Shown: positions 11,521 to 23,114, counted from the stretch's first letter. The stretch is 64,000 nucleotides of DNA from an uncultured Alphaproteobacteria bacterium (GCA_963830215.1 CAWHLM010000018.1:28221-92220), one strand, 5' to 3'. Numbers and translations: made by a program. Notes: generated by a model not told the origin, from the sequence alone.

Positions 11521-12216
11521 TCAGCGCTGGCCGTAGAGCACCTTGCGCTGCTCTTCCTCGCTGGCCGGCTTGTCGTTCGCCGGCGCCTTCAGCGCGACGC
11601 CCTTCTGCACCGCCGGACGGGCCGCCATGCGGTCGTGCCAGGCCTTCACATTGGGGAAATCGGCGATGTCGATGGCGCGGCCCTCCCAGTTGCGTATCCA
11701 GCCGAAGAGCGACATGTCGGCGATCGAATAGTTGTCGACCACCCAAGCGCGGCCTTCGAGCCGGCCGTTCAGCACGCGGTAGAGGCGATGGGTCTCGTCG
11801 CCGAAGCGCTTCAGCGCATAAGCGTTGTCCGGGTCCATGCGCTTGAAGTGGTTGTAGTTGCCGAATACCGGCCCGACATTGGCCATCTGCCAGAACAGCC
11901 ATTCGTCGATCGCCACCCGCTCGCGGGCATTGCTGCCGAAGAAGCGGTCGAATTTGAGACCGAGATAGACGAGGATGGCGCCCGACTCGAAGACCGAGAT
12001 CGGCGCACCATCCGGCCCTTCCGGGTCGACGATCGCCGGCATGCGGTTGTTGGGCGAGATCTTGAGGAAGTCCGGCTTGAACTGGTCGCCCTTGCCGATG
12101 TTGACGAAGCGAGTCGTGTAGGGGACGCCCAGTTCCTCCAGCATGATGGAGATCTTGTAGCCGTTGGGCGTGTTCCAAAAATAGAGGTCGATCGGCTTTT
12201 TCTGGCTTGCTGCCAT
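11521..12216 (-). CDS. yfcG: Nu-class glutathione S-transferase (YfcG/YghU-like)
   Basis: 231-aa C-terminal part of ORF 11521..12594, from the ATG at 12216. Close resemblance to E. coli YfcG as recalled (IDLYFWNTPNGYKI, ISPNNRMPAIVD, FESGAILVYL). Confidence 0.85.
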   Translation of the reverse strand: MAASQKKPIDLYFWNTPNGYKISIMLEELGVPYTTRFVNIGKGDQFKPDFLKISPNNRMPAIVDPEGPDGAPISVFESGAILVYLGLKFDRFFGSNARERVAIDEWLFWQMANVGPVFGNYNHFKRMDPDNAYALKRFGDETHRLYRVLNGRLEGRAWVVDNYSIADMSLFGWIRNWEGRAIDIADFPNVKAWHDRMAARPAVQKGVALKAPANDKPASEEEQRKVLYGQR

Positions 12217-12377
12217 GGCAGGCCCCTTGGGATTTGCAACGGTGGGATTTGGAAAGGACGGGAGGGTACCCGCGATAAGTGGGATGCGCACGCCGCCGGG
12301 CAAGGGAAGGATTTGCCACAGGTGGGCGCATCGGCGAAACGGCGCTGCGCCCGTAGACGCCGGCCGCGAAAGATCCG

Positions 12378-13028
12378 TCAGGTCACCGCGGTCACCCTTG
12401 CCAACTGCTCGAGTTTCTCCCGCCGCAGGCGCTCGGAGAGCGGCGCGGCGAGGAAGCGGCGCAGCGTCGCCTCCGGGCGCTCCTTGGCATAGTGGTCGCG
12501 GAAGAGCTCCAGCATGGTCACCCGGTCGCCCGCGAAAGGCACGTGCTTGATGATATCGCCGACGCGGACCTCCCCTTCCGAGACCACCCGGCAATAGAGC
12601 CCGGGCCGCTCGCCATCGCGGAAGTGCTTGACGAATTGCGCGTTGCCCATACGGCGGGCGAGCGTGTTGCAGGGCATGCGCGGCGCGGTCACCTCGATGA
12701 CAACCGTCTCGCCGATCTCCAGCCGGTCGCCAACTGCGATGTCCAAGCTCGCCAGCCCGTCGATGGTCAGGTTCTCGCCGAAGGTGCCGGGCTCAACCGG
12801 CTTGCCCATCCGCATCGCCCACCAGTCGTAGTCTTCGCTGCCGTAGACGTAGACCGCCTGGTCGGGACCGCCATGCACCTCGCCGTCGACCACGGAATCG
12901 TCGGCGAGGCCGAGCCGCCCGACATGCACCGGCCTCAGCACCGGGCGCTTGTAGATGCCAGTCATGATCGTCCACCCGCCGACGTCCAGCTCCTTGGGCC
13001 GGCCGATGTTGACGCTCGCCAGTCGCAT
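12378..13028 (-). CDS. MOSC domain-containing protein
   Basis: 216-aa part of ORF 12378..13202, from the ATG at 13028. MOSC-like motifs (GENLTIDG, TAPRMPC, PGLYCRV). Confidence 0.8.
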   Translation of the reverse strand: MRLASVNIGRPKELDVGGWTIMTGIYKRPVLRPVHVGRLGLADDSVVDGEVHGGPDQAVYVYGSEDYDWWAMRMGKPVEPGTFGENLTIDGLASLDIAVGDRLEIGETVVIEVTAPRMPCNTLARRMGNAQFVKHFRDGERPGLYCRVVSEGEVRVGDIIKHVPFAGDRVTMLELFRDHYAKERPEATLRRFLAAPLSERLRREKLEQLARVTAVT

Positions 13029-13062
13029 TCTGTCCCCCGTCTTCTTTCGGCGCGCCCGGCGC

Positions 13063-14610
13063 CTATCGCTTCCACTTGATCGAGCAGCCGACCGAAGGGT
13101 TCTGCTCGGCCGGCCCCTTGCCGGTCCTGGCGATCGCCCGCATGGCCTCGACCAGCTCGCGCCTGGCGCCCGGCGGCGGCGTGTCCGTGCGGCCTTGGTC
13201 AAGACGGCCGCGATATTCGATCAGGCCGGCACGGCTGATACCAAAGAATTCCGGCGTGCACACCGCGTCATAGGCGCGGGCGATCTCCTGGGTTTCGTCG
13301 AAGAGATAGGGAAACGGAAAGCCATGCGTGGCAGCGAAGGCCTTCATGTTGGCCGGCGAGTCTTCCGGGTGGCTGACGATGTCGTTGGCATTGATGGCGA
13401 CGAAGCCGATGCCCTCTTTGGCCAGTGTCCTGGAGTCGGCCACCATGCGCGCCACCACCGCCTTCACATAGGGGCAGTGGTTGCAGATGAAGACCACGAC
13501 CGTGCCGTTCGCGCCGGCCACGTCGTCAAGGCTGTAGGTCTTGCCGTCGGTCGCCGGCAGGGAGAAGCGCGGCGCCTCGATGCCGAGGTGCGGCGCGGTC
13601 CCGAGTGTCGCCATGGTGCTCTCCTTCACGCGCGGACCGTGTTTATACGCGCGGACCGTGTTTATCATGCCCCTGGCGACCAGCCACTTCACCGATTTAA
13701 GTACCGCCTCGAAGGACGTGTAGCGCGGCTCGTAACCGAGCAGCCGGCGCGCCTTGTCGATCGAGCAGGCGGGGCTGTGGGCGATATGGTCCCAGGTGGC
13801 CGCCGCCTCCTCCTGCGTGTGCGTCGCCTTCCACTGCTCCCACGGCAAATAGGTGAGCTTCGGGTCGCGCCCGAACCAGCCGGCGACCGCTTCGGCATAG
13901 CCCCTCAGCGTCACCGCCGCTGGCGAGACGACATGGAATGCCTCGCCCACCGAAACCCGCCAATTGGCGATCGCCTTCATGAAGGCCTGCGCTACGTCGT
14001 CGGCATGGACATGGTGGACGGTCTCCATGCCGAGGTTGGGCAGCGCCAGTTCCTCGCCGTGCGCCAGAACGGAGAAGACCCTGGGGTCGAAATGGCCGGC
14101 CGGGTTGAGCGGGGCCCAGCCCTCGCCGACGATGTGGCCGGGATGGAGCACGGTTGCGGGGAAGCGGTTCCGCCGCGCCTCGTCGAGCAGATAGGCCTCG
14201 ATCGCCGCCTTGCGGATGCCGTAGTCGCCGAATGGCCGGCGCGGCTGCATCTCGGTCGTCGGCACGGCGACGCTCGGCCCGTGCACCCAGATGGTGCCGC
14301 AATGCAGGAAATGGCCGACATGGCCGTTGAGCGCTTCGACCATCTGGCGGGCGCTGTCGGGCGTGAAGCAGATCATGTCGATGATGATGTCGGCCTTGAG
14401 GTTGCGCATGGCGCGGCCGAAGGTGCCGGCCTTCTCCTCGGCCTCGCGGTCGATGACCACGGTCTGCACGGCCTTCCAGGCGCCGTGCGCCTGGTAGGGC
14501 TGGCGCTCGCCGCGCGTCACATTGCAGACTTCGAAACCACCTTCGACCAGCCGCGGCACCAGATAGGTGCCGACGTGTCCGCTGCCGCCGATAATCACTA
14601 CGCGGGACAT
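13063..14610 (-). CDS. Fusion ORF: NAD-dependent epimerase/dehydratase (SDR) plus thioredoxin-like (AhpC/TSA-type) protein
   Basis: One 515-aa ORF. N-terminal Rossmann motif IIGGSGHVG. C-terminal 183 aa (from the ATG at 13614) is thioredoxin-fold with CNHCP. The junction holds a 19-bp tandem duplication; with one copy removed there would be two genes (TGA stop, GAAGGAG SD, ATG). Confidence 0.85.
   Translation of the reverse strand: MSRVVIIGGSGHVGTYLVPRLVEGGFEVCNVTRGERQPYQAHGAWKAVQTVVIDREAEEKAGTFGRAMRNLKADIIIDMICFTPDSARQMVEALNGHVGHFLHCGTIWVHGPSVAVPTTEMQPRRPFGDYGIRKAAIEAYLLDEARRNRFPATVLHPGHIVGEGWAPLNPAGHFDPRVFSVLAHGEELALPNLGMETVHHVHADDVAQAFMKAIANWRVSVGEAFHVVSPAAVTLRGYAEAVAGWFGRDPKLTYLPWEQWKATHTQEEAAATWDHIAHSPACSIDKARRLLGYEPRYTSFEAVLKSVKWLVARGMINTVRAYKHGPRVKESTMATLGTAPHLGIEAPRFSLPATDGKTYSLDDVAGANGTVVVFICNHCPYVKAVVARMVADSRTLAKEGIGFVAINANDIVSHPEDSPANMKAFAATHGFPFPYLFDETQEIARAYDAVCTPEFFGISRAGLIEYRGRLDQGRTDTPPPGARRELVEAMRAIARTGKGPAEQNPSVGCSIKWKR
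13628..13665. repeat. Perfect 2 x 19-bp tandem duplication (ACGCGCGGACCGTGTTTAT) at the gene junction
   Basis: Read directly: 13628-13646 is identical to 13647-13665. Confidence 0.95.
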
Positions 14611-14926
14611 CTAGATTTTCCTTCTGTTCGTCGCCCCATCATGACCCGCCCTCTCCTGCCCGTCATCCGCGCCTTTGTCTCACCCGTCCCGAGGATATCG
14701 GACGGCTGGGGTGCAGCTACGCCAACTGCACCTCGTCACGCCGTCGGCGGCCGGGGTCCAGACAACACGCGATCCGCCTGTGCAGGTTCGCCGACTTGAC
14801 GCAGAGATCGCCCGCCGCGACAAAGGCCGCCCACGCTGCCCGGCCCCTCGTTGGGCGGAGGATGACGGCGGCGGGGGCCAATGCCAGACTGGCCGCCACA
14901 TGATTCGAGCCTGAGACACCCCCGAA

Positions 14927-16984
14927 ATGCCTGCTGCCAAGAAGCCCAAATCCGACAAGTCCGCCGACCTTTTCGCCCAGCTCGACCAGGAGGTTGGCAA
15001 GTTGAAATCCGTTGCCAGTGCCGCGCGCCGCGAGAAGTCGGTGCCGCTGAAGAAGGCGGTCGGCGCGGACGACAGCTATTCGGCGGCCGACATCGAGGTG
15101 CTGGAGGGGCTGGAGCCGGTGCGTCGCCGGCCGGGCATGTATATCGGCGGCACCGACGAGAAGGGCCTGCACCATCTCTTTTCCGAGGTCATCGACAATT
15201 GCATGGACGAGGCGGTCGCCGGCCACGCCAGCTGGATCGAGGTCGAGGTCGAGGAAGATGGCTTCGTCACGGTCACCGACAACGGCCGCGGCATCCCCGT
15301 CGGCCTGCACCCCAAGTTCAAGAACAAGTCGGCGCTGGAGGTGATCATGACCACCCTCCACTCCGGCGGCAAGTTCGACTCCAAGGTCTATGAGACGTCC
15401 GGCGGCCTGCACGGGGTTGGCGTGTCGGTGGTGAACGCGCTCTCCGAGACCCTCGAGGTCGAGGTTGCGCTTGGACGCCGGCTCTACGCCCAGTCCTATT
15501 CGCGCGGTACCCCCAAGGGACCGCTGAAGGAACTCGGCGAGGTCCACAACCGCCGCGGCACGCGCATTCGCTTCAAGCCCGACGCGCAGATCTTCAAGGG
15601 CGCGGCATTCAAGCCGGAGCGGCTATTCGCCATGGCGCGCTCCAAGGCCTATCTCTTCGGCGGCGTCGAGATCCGCTGGTCCTGCGCGCCCGAGCTCATC
15701 CAGGGCACGGACATCCCCGAGAAGGCCAGCTTCCACTTCCCCGGCGGCCTGTCGGAATATCTCGCCGCCGAGCTTGGCGCCGAAAGGACCGTGGTGCCGA
15801 TCTTCTCCGGCCGCACCGACAAGACCAGCGGCCACGGCGCGGCGGAATGGGCGGTCGCCTGGTTTCCCGGTGAAGGCTTCATCCGCTCCTACTGCAACAC
15901 CATCCCGACCGGCGACGGCGGCACCCACGAGGCCGGCTTCCGCGCCGCGCTCACCCGCGGCCTCAAGGCCTATGCCGAGCTTTCCGGCAACAGGCGCGCC
16001 AATGTCATCACAGCCGACGACGTCATGACCTCGGCGGCGGGACTGCTCTCGGTGTTCATCCGCGAGCCGGAATTCGTCGGCCAGACCAAGGACCGGCTGT
16101 CATCGGCGGAGGCGACGCGCATCGTCGAGAACGCTGTGCGCGACCCCTTCGACCATTGGCTCGCCGCCTCGCCTGCCGATGCCACGCGCCTGCTCGACTG
16201 GGTGGTGGAGCGCGCCGAAGAGCGGCTCCGCCGCCGGCAGGAGAAGGAGATCGGCCGCCAGAACGCGACCCGCAAGCTGCGCCTGCCGGGCAAGCTCGCC
16301 GACTGCACGCAGGCCGGCAAGGCGGATACGGAACTCTTCATCGTCGAGGGCGATTCGGCCGGCGGCTCGGCCAAGCAGGCGCGCAACCGCGCAACCCAGG
16401 CGGTGCTGCCGCTCAGGGGCAAGATCCTCAATGTCGCCAATGCCGGGCGCGAGAAGCTTTCCCAGAACCAGCAGATCGGCGATCTCATCCAGGCGCTCGG
16501 CGTCTCTCCCCGTACCGGCTACAAGGCGGCGGACCTCCGCTACGACCGCATCATCGTGATGACCGACGCCGATGTCGACGGCGCCCACATCGCATCGCTG
16601 CTCATCACCTTCTTCTTCCGCGAGATGCCGCAGCTCATCCGCGACGGCCATCTCTTCCTCGCCGTGCCGCCGCTCTACAAGCTCAGCCAGGGCGCCAAGG
16701 TGATGTATGCGCGCGACGACGCCCATCGCGCCGAACTCACCAAGAAGGAATTCAGCGGGCGCGGCAAGATCGAGGTCAGCCGCTTCAAGGGTTTGGGCGA
16801 GATGCTCCCCGGTCAGCTCAAGGAGACGACCATGGACCCGGCCAAGCGCACGCTGCTCAAGGTCGAGATCGTCGGGGACGACGACACCGGCGCGGCCGTC
16901 GAAAGCCTCATGGGCAACAAGCCCGAGGAGCGCTTCCGCTTCATCACGGAGCGCGCCGAGTTCGCCAAGGATTTGGATATCTGA
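14927..16984 (+). CDS. parE: DNA topoisomerase IV subunit B
   Basis: ORF 14927..16984, 685 aa. GHKL ATPase and TOPRIM motifs (RRRPGMYIGGT, LHHLFSEVIDN, EGDSAGGS, MTDADVDGAHI). The length fits ParE rather than GyrB. Confidence 0.9.
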   Translation: MPAAKKPKSDKSADLFAQLDQEVGKLKSVASAARREKSVPLKKAVGADDSYSAADIEVLEGLEPVRRRPGMYIGGTDEKGLHHLFSEVIDNCMDEAVAGHASWIEVEVEEDGFVTVTDNGRGIPVGLHPKFKNKSALEVIMTTLHSGGKFDSKVYETSGGLHGVGVSVVNALSETLEVEVALGRRLYAQSYSRGTPKGPLKELGEVHNRRGTRIRFKPDAQIFKGAAFKPERLFAMARSKAYLFGGVEIRWSCAPELIQGTDIPEKASFHFPGGLSEYLAAELGAERTVVPIFSGRTDKTSGHGAAEWAVAWFPGEGFIRSYCNTIPTGDGGTHEAGFRAALTRGLKAYAELSGNRRANVITADDVMTSAAGLLSVFIREPEFVGQTKDRLSSAEATRIVENAVRDPFDHWLAASPADATRLLDWVVERAEERLRRRQEKEIGRQNATRKLRLPGKLADCTQAGKADTELFIVEGDSAGGSAKQARNRATQAVLPLRGKILNVANAGREKLSQNQQIGDLIQALGVSPRTGYKAADLRYDRIIVMTDADVDGAHIASLLITFFFREMPQLIRDGHLFLAVPPLYKLSQGAKVMYARDDAHRAELTKKEFSGRGKIEVSRFKGLGEMLPGQLKETTMDPAKRTLLKVEIVGDDDTGAAVESLMGNKPEERFRFITERAEFAKDLDI

Positions 16985-17208
16985 GGCGGCGTGCCCCTCC
17001 TGGAAAACCTGAAAAAACGCGTCGAGGTCAACGTCACCGCGACGACCTCGATCCTGCCGAGATGATCGGCGTCCCCGGTAACCTATGCCGACAGCCGCCA
17101 CGACAACTGGTGGCGCGCCGGCGCAGACGTGGCACCTGCAGAGGCACGATGCCGCCGATTCCGTCGCTCGGCTGCCGCCGTGAAGCGGGTTCGGAAATCC
17201 ACTTGTGG

Positions 17209-17922
17209 CTACGGGAACCGATACAGCGCCCTGATCCGAGCGATCGTGAACTGCGACCCGATCGTCACCTTCGAAAAGTTACCGGCGCCGACAGTCGCAG
17301 CCGGATAGGATTCCGCGCCGAGATCGACGTAGAGCACCTCGCCGCCCACGGTCCAGTTATTGGCGAGCGAGAAATCGACGCCGCCGCCGGCAACCCAACC
17401 GGTGTGGGTCGCGCTTTGTGTCAAGGTATCACTGGAAGGGGTTCTCGTTGACGTTCGCGTCATGCCCCCGAAGGCGACGCCCGCCGTCACGTAAGGCAGG
17501 AAGTTGTTGATCGGCAAACCCACCCGACCACGGACGGTGCCGAGCCAATCAACTGCCGCATTACAGGTGTAAGTTGTTGTGGGGCAAGTTGACGCGCCGG
17601 AGATACCGGACGCGGAAATGTCACCCTCGACGCCGACGACGAAGCGTCCGACCTGCCAATTGTAGCCGCCCAGCGCGCCACCGATTGCACCGCTGAGGCT
17701 TGAACCGACATTGGTCGTGCTGGGAAAGATGTAGTCGTAGTTGCCCCAGCCGCCGCCGACCTGACCTCCGAAATAGAGGCCGTGCCAGGTGGCCGCCGCC
17801 GACGTTGACGACAGTTGGTGCCACGGATGCGTGATCGGAGGTTGTGAGGCGACCGGCATGTCTGCAGCATGGGCCGCGGTGGACAGCACAAGTCCGAAAG
17901 CAACAGCAAGGATTCGCTTCAT
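17209..17922 (-). CDS. Outer-membrane beta-barrel protein (Omp25/Omp31/RopB-type porin family)
   Basis: 237-aa part of ORF 17209..18327, from the ATG at 17922. Signal peptide MKRILAVAFGLVLSTAAHA, Gly/aromatic-rich alternating strands, C-terminal ALYRFP. Confidence 0.8.
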   Translation of the reverse strand: MKRILAVAFGLVLSTAAHAADMPVASQPPITHPWHQLSSTSAAATWHGLYFGGQVGGGWGNYDYIFPSTTNVGSSLSGAIGGALGGYNWQVGRFVVGVEGDISASGISGASTCPTTTYTCNAAVDWLGTVRGRVGLPINNFLPYVTAGVAFGGMTRTSTRTPSSDTLTQSATHTGWVAGGGVDFSLANNWTVGGEVLYVDLGAESYPAATVGAGNFSKVTIGSQFTIARIRALYRFP

Positions 17923-18175
17923 TTCGGCACGCTCCCCGAGACATGAAATGAACAGCAGAAACTTAGCAAAAACACCAAGCGAAGCGGGCCGCATCAGCCG
18001 CGACACATGGGCGCCCCCCAACAGCGGCAGGACTGTGGAAGCTGCCGTTGGACCTTCGCTGGCGCGCCTCCACCGGGTGCGGGCGAGGCTCTCAACTCCG
18101 CATTCCCGCCGGGGGCTGACCCCACCCCCATTTTCGGCTAGTTTCGCGGCATCTTGTCCCCCTAGGGAGGCACGC

Positions 18176-18622
18176 ATGATCCGCTCGTTCGTCCTTGCCG
18201 TCGCGCTGGTGGCCGGCCTCGCGGCTGCGCTGCCTGCCCGCGCCGACGCGCTCACCGACGGCCTCGCCACGATGCCCGGATCGGTCGAGGACGTACGCAT
18301 CGCCGGTACCTGGGACCAGGGCGACAAGACCGGCGCCTACCGGGTCATCATCGCGCGCACGGTCGGCGAGGCGGTGACGGCGCGCCTGTTCGTGCAGTGG
18401 ATCGCCTATCACGACGACGGCAGCACCACGGTCGACAACACCATTGAAATCAAGGAATTGGCCGGTCTCAAGGTGGATATCGTCGACTACACCTCGGAAT
18501 TGGACGCCGACGGCCTGTCGGTCTTCATCCAGACGTTGAACCCGAACGGCAGCACCGACCAGAACTACGAGCTTTTCGTCACCTCGCCGACCGAATATCG
18601 CTTTGGCCCGGCCAGCAATTAG
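18176..18622 (+). CDS. Hypothetical exported protein
   Basis: Internal ATG of ORF 17789..18622 preceded by GGGAGG. Signal peptide MIRSFVLAVALVAGLAAALPARA. Confidence 0.6.
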   Translation: MIRSFVLAVALVAGLAAALPARADALTDGLATMPGSVEDVRIAGTWDQGDKTGAYRVIIARTVGEAVTARLFVQWIAYHDDGSTTVDNTIEIKELAGLKVDIVDYTSELDADGLSVFIQTLNPNGSTDQNYELFVTSPTEYRFGPASN

Positions 18623-18763
18623 CGGTTTCCGTTTACTCAGAATGTCCGGAATCATTGACAAGGCGCCGCCACTCCCTATGTTGCACTGCGTCAATCCCGT
18701 CGCGCCAATCTTCGAGTCGGCGCCGTCACACCGCGGCTATGAGCCGGGTTTATCGTTTCACAT

Positions 18764-20284
<1,521 letters not shown>

Positions 20285-20287
20285 CCG

Positions 20288-20674
20288 TCATTTGTGTCTT
20301 GCGGGTTTGGCCGTCGCCTTCGCGGCGGCCTTTGCCTTTCTGGGCGGCGCCTTTTTCGTGCGTACGGCCACGGCGAAGGCCGCCCTTGCCCATTCGGCGA
20401 ATTCGTCGGGCTCGTCGAACAGGCGCTCTGGCGCCCGCCAATAGGGCATGGGCATCACCCGGCCCTGCATCTCCGGCGTCCATTGCTCGCAGCCTTCGGC
20501 GACAAAGGCCGGCGTCGTTTCGTCATCTGCCTTGAAGTAGAAGACGTCGCGTGATGAGAGCAGCGCGAACATGAGGCCGTCCTTGAAGATGCCGCGACCG
20601 CCGAACATGCGGCGGATGGTGACGCCGCCGAGCGGTGCCATCAGGTCTTCGAGAAGGTCTTCGAGCCCGGCCAT
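20288..20674 (-). CDS. TfoX N-terminal domain protein with Lys/Ala-rich C-terminal tail
   Basis: ORF 20288..20674. TfoX_N-like motif (IRRMFGGRGIFKDGLMFAL). Tail KKAPPRKAKAAAKATAKPARHK. Confidence 0.75.
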   Translation of the reverse strand: MAGLEDLLEDLMAPLGGVTIRRMFGGRGIFKDGLMFALLSSRDVFYFKADDETTPAFVAEGCEQWTPEMQGRVMPMPYWRAPERLFDEPDEFAEWARAAFAVAVRTKKAPPRKAKAAAKATAKPARHK

Positions 20675-20683
20675 GCGGCCATC

Positions 20684-21256
20684 CTAGAGCAGGAACGGGA
20701 TCAGAGCGGCAACGCGCCGCCGATAGTCCTCATAGGCCGGCCCGAAGGTCTCGGCCATCCATTTCTCCTCAAGCCTGAGCTTGTACCACGAGGAGGCGAC
20801 GGCGAGCGCGAGGGCAATCAGGTCGCGCCATTCGCCGAAGGTGAGCGCCGTGCCGATGATGGCGGCGATAAGGCCGGTATAGATCGGATGGCGGACATAG
20901 CCGTAGGGCCCGCTCTGGATCAGCGTGTGGTTCTGCTTGATGGTGACCCTGCCGCTCCAGTTGGCGCCGAGATGAACGCGCGCCCAGATGGCGAAGGCGA
21001 AGCCGGCAATGGCGATGGCGAGGCCGAGCAGCTCCACGCTCCACCCATCCGGCACAAAGCGGTCGTGCAAGAAGGCGAAGGGAACGCCACGGCCGACCAG
21101 AAGCCAACCGGCGAACCACAGTGGCACGCCATAGATCAGCCGCGACGCTGGGCTTTCCTGCCGTTCGGTGGGTTTGGTGCGCGCGGCGGCGACGCCCCAA
21201 TAGGCCAGCCAGCCGATCCACAGGACGGCGGTGACGATATGCGGCCATGCGGTCAT
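20684..21256 (-). CDS. Isoprenylcysteine carboxyl methyltransferase (ICMT)/phospholipid methyltransferase family membrane protein
   Basis: ORF 20684..21256. Multiple TM segments and the motif LIQSGPYGYVRHPIYTG. Confidence 0.8.
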   Translation of the reverse strand: MTAWPHIVTAVLWIGWLAYWGVAAARTKPTERQESPASRLIYGVPLWFAGWLLVGRGVPFAFLHDRFVPDGWSVELLGLAIAIAGFAFAIWARVHLGANWSGRVTIKQNHTLIQSGPYGYVRHPIYTGLIAAIIGTALTFGEWRDLIALALAVASSWYKLRLEEKWMAETFGPAYEDYRRRVAALIPFLL

Positions 21257-21313
21257 CGACCGTCTCCGGCTCAGGAAATGGCGTTGTTGATGAGCAGAAC
21301 GTCGCTGGCCGCG

Positions 21314-21688
21314 TCAGGCGTCTTCCGGCTCGAGCGTCGCCGGCTTCAGCTCGACCAACTCGCCGCAGCCGCAGGACGAGACCTCGTTCGGGTTATGGAA
21401 GACGAAGCCGGAGCGCAGCTTGGTCGTCTCGAAGTCCATGGTGGCGCCAAGCAGGAAGAGCACCGCCTTGGGGTCGACAAAGACGGTCACGCCATGGGCG
21501 CTGACCACGTCGTCGGCGGCGTTCGGCGTCTCCACCTTGTCGAGCGTATAGGCCATGCCGGCGCAGCCGGCATTCTTGACGCCAACGCGCACGCCGGCGA
21601 CCGGCGTGTCGCTGCCTTCGACCAGCTCGCGCACGCGCGCGGCCGCCGCTTCGGTCAGCGAGATCACGGTGGGGCGCGGACGGGGCAT
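21314..21688 (-). CDS. sufA: Fe-S cluster assembly scaffold/carrier, SufA/IscA (HesB) family
   Basis: Part of ORF 21314..21721, from the ATG at 21688. Motifs GVKNAGCAGMAY and SCGCGE. Confidence 0.85.
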   Translation of the reverse strand: MPRPRPTVISLTEAAAARVRELVEGSDTPVAGVRVGVKNAGCAGMAYTLDKVETPNAADDVVSAHGVTVFVDPKAVLFLLGATMDFETTKLRSGFVFHNPNEVSSCGCGELVELKPATLEPEDA

Positions 21689-21795
21689 GGGCTTCTCTCT
21701 TTTCCAGCGGCGCCGGTTCAAGGCCAGCGACGACAGGTTCTAAAATGGGCCGCTTCGCATCATAGGACAAGCCCCCCGCAAGGGATTGATATGGC

Positions 21796-22263
21796 TCAGA
21801 AATCCCTGTTCTTCAGAAGATGGGTCGGGATCGCGAGGCCGGCGCCGATGGCGCCCAGCGTGAAGATCACGCGCAGCATGTATTCCATCGCCACGACGAT
21901 GGTGGTGACCTCGTTCGCCGGATTGGGGGCGGTCACCGCCAGGAGGCCGAGGATCGCCTGGCTCATGAAGGCGCCCGGGACCATCGGGATGCAGCCGGCG
22001 AGCGCCACCGCGTTGCTGGCCGTGCCCAGCCAGCGACGGAAGGCCCAAGCGGCACAGGAGGCGGCAATCGCCGCGACGAAGGAGGCGGCCTCCAGGCTCC
22101 AGCCCGCGTCCTGGCCGAGCGTGCGCACCAGGAGGGCCAGCGCCCCCGCCGCCGCGCACCACAGCAGCGTGCGCGGGCCGACATTGAACAGGACGGCGAA
22201 GCCGGCCGCCGCCACGCCGCCGAAGGCGACCTGGTGCAGGAGGTGCACGAGAGCGGCGTCCAT
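21796..22263 (-). CDS. Threonine/serine exporter family protein (ThrE C-terminal-type, DUF3815-like)
   Basis: Part of ORF 21796..22296, from the ATG at 22263, which overlaps the upstream stop (ATGA). Small polytopic membrane protein. Confidence 0.7.
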   Translation of the reverse strand: MDAALVHLLHQVAFGGVAAAGFAVLFNVGPRTLLWCAAAGALALLVRTLGQDAGWSLEAASFVAAIAASCAAWAFRRWLGTASNAVALAGCIPMVPGAFMSQAILGLLAVTAPNPANEVTTIVVAMEYMLRVIFTLGAIGAGLAIPTHLLKNRDF

Positions 22264-23060
22264 CACCCGACACCCAGCATGACTTCGGCGATCCACACCC
22301 CCACCGTGGCGAAGATCATCACCATCAGCACGGTCACCGCCCGCGCGCTGCCCATCGACGGATAGCCGTCCATGATGTCGGTCTGGGCGTTGGTGGCGGG
22401 AACGCCCGGCACCAGCAGCAGGATCGCCGCGATCATCGCCAGCGGCACGCTGCCGCTATGGGCGAGCATGGCGCCCGCCCCGCTGAGTGCGGCGGCAAGA
22501 AAGGCGATGACCGCGGCGACGACGTAGGGGTTGATCCCGCGCACCCGCAGGATGTGGCGGACATATTGCCCCGCAGTGCCGGCGATGAAGACCGGCAGGA
22601 AGGCCGCCCAGTCGACCCCGAGCAGCCGGCCGAAGGCGGCGCAGGCGATGCCGACGGCGAGCGCCACGGTGGCCGCGCCATAGCGCGGGAGGTCGCGGGT
22701 GAGACCGTCGATCGCGGCATCGACCGCTTCCACGCTCATGCCGCCCCGCGACACCTTCAGGCAGAGATCGCGCAGGGCATGATCGAGCCGATGGTTGACG
22801 CCATGCGGGCCGACCGAGGTCATGCGGGTGATGGTATTGGCGCCGTTCGAGACCGTGATCTCGTGCGAGGCGTAGCCGGCGCGCATGCCGATGATGTCGG
22901 CGCCGAGGCCCTTGACGATCAGCGCGGCGCCTTCATGCACCACCTTCACCCGCGCGCCGCTCTCGAGCAGGATGCGCGCGGCCTTGAGCGCCACCAGCGC
23001 GATGCGCTCCAGCTCGCGGTGCTTCATCGGCACGGGATCGGTTTCGGTCGGCATGGGCAC
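22263..23060 (-). CDS. Threonine/serine exporter family protein (ThrE N-terminal-type, DUF1212-like)
   Basis: ORF 22263..23060. Soluble N-terminal region plus TM segments. Translationally coupled to the downstream partner. Confidence 0.7.
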   Translation of the reverse strand: MPMPTETDPVPMKHRELERIALVALKAARILLESGARVKVVHEGAALIVKGLGADIIGMRAGYASHEITVSNGANTITRMTSVGPHGVNHRLDHALRDLCLKVSRGGMSVEAVDAAIDGLTRDLPRYGAATVALAVGIACAAFGRLLGVDWAAFLPVFIAGTAGQYVRHILRVRGINPYVVAAVIAFLAAALSGAGAMLAHSGSVPLAMIAAILLLVPGVPATNAQTDIMDGYPSMGSARAVTVLMVMIFATVGVWIAEVMLGVG

Positions 23061-23114
23061 CGGCTACACGACAAGACCGGTGAGCGGCTTGATCCGGCTC
23101 AATTGCTGCCCGGC

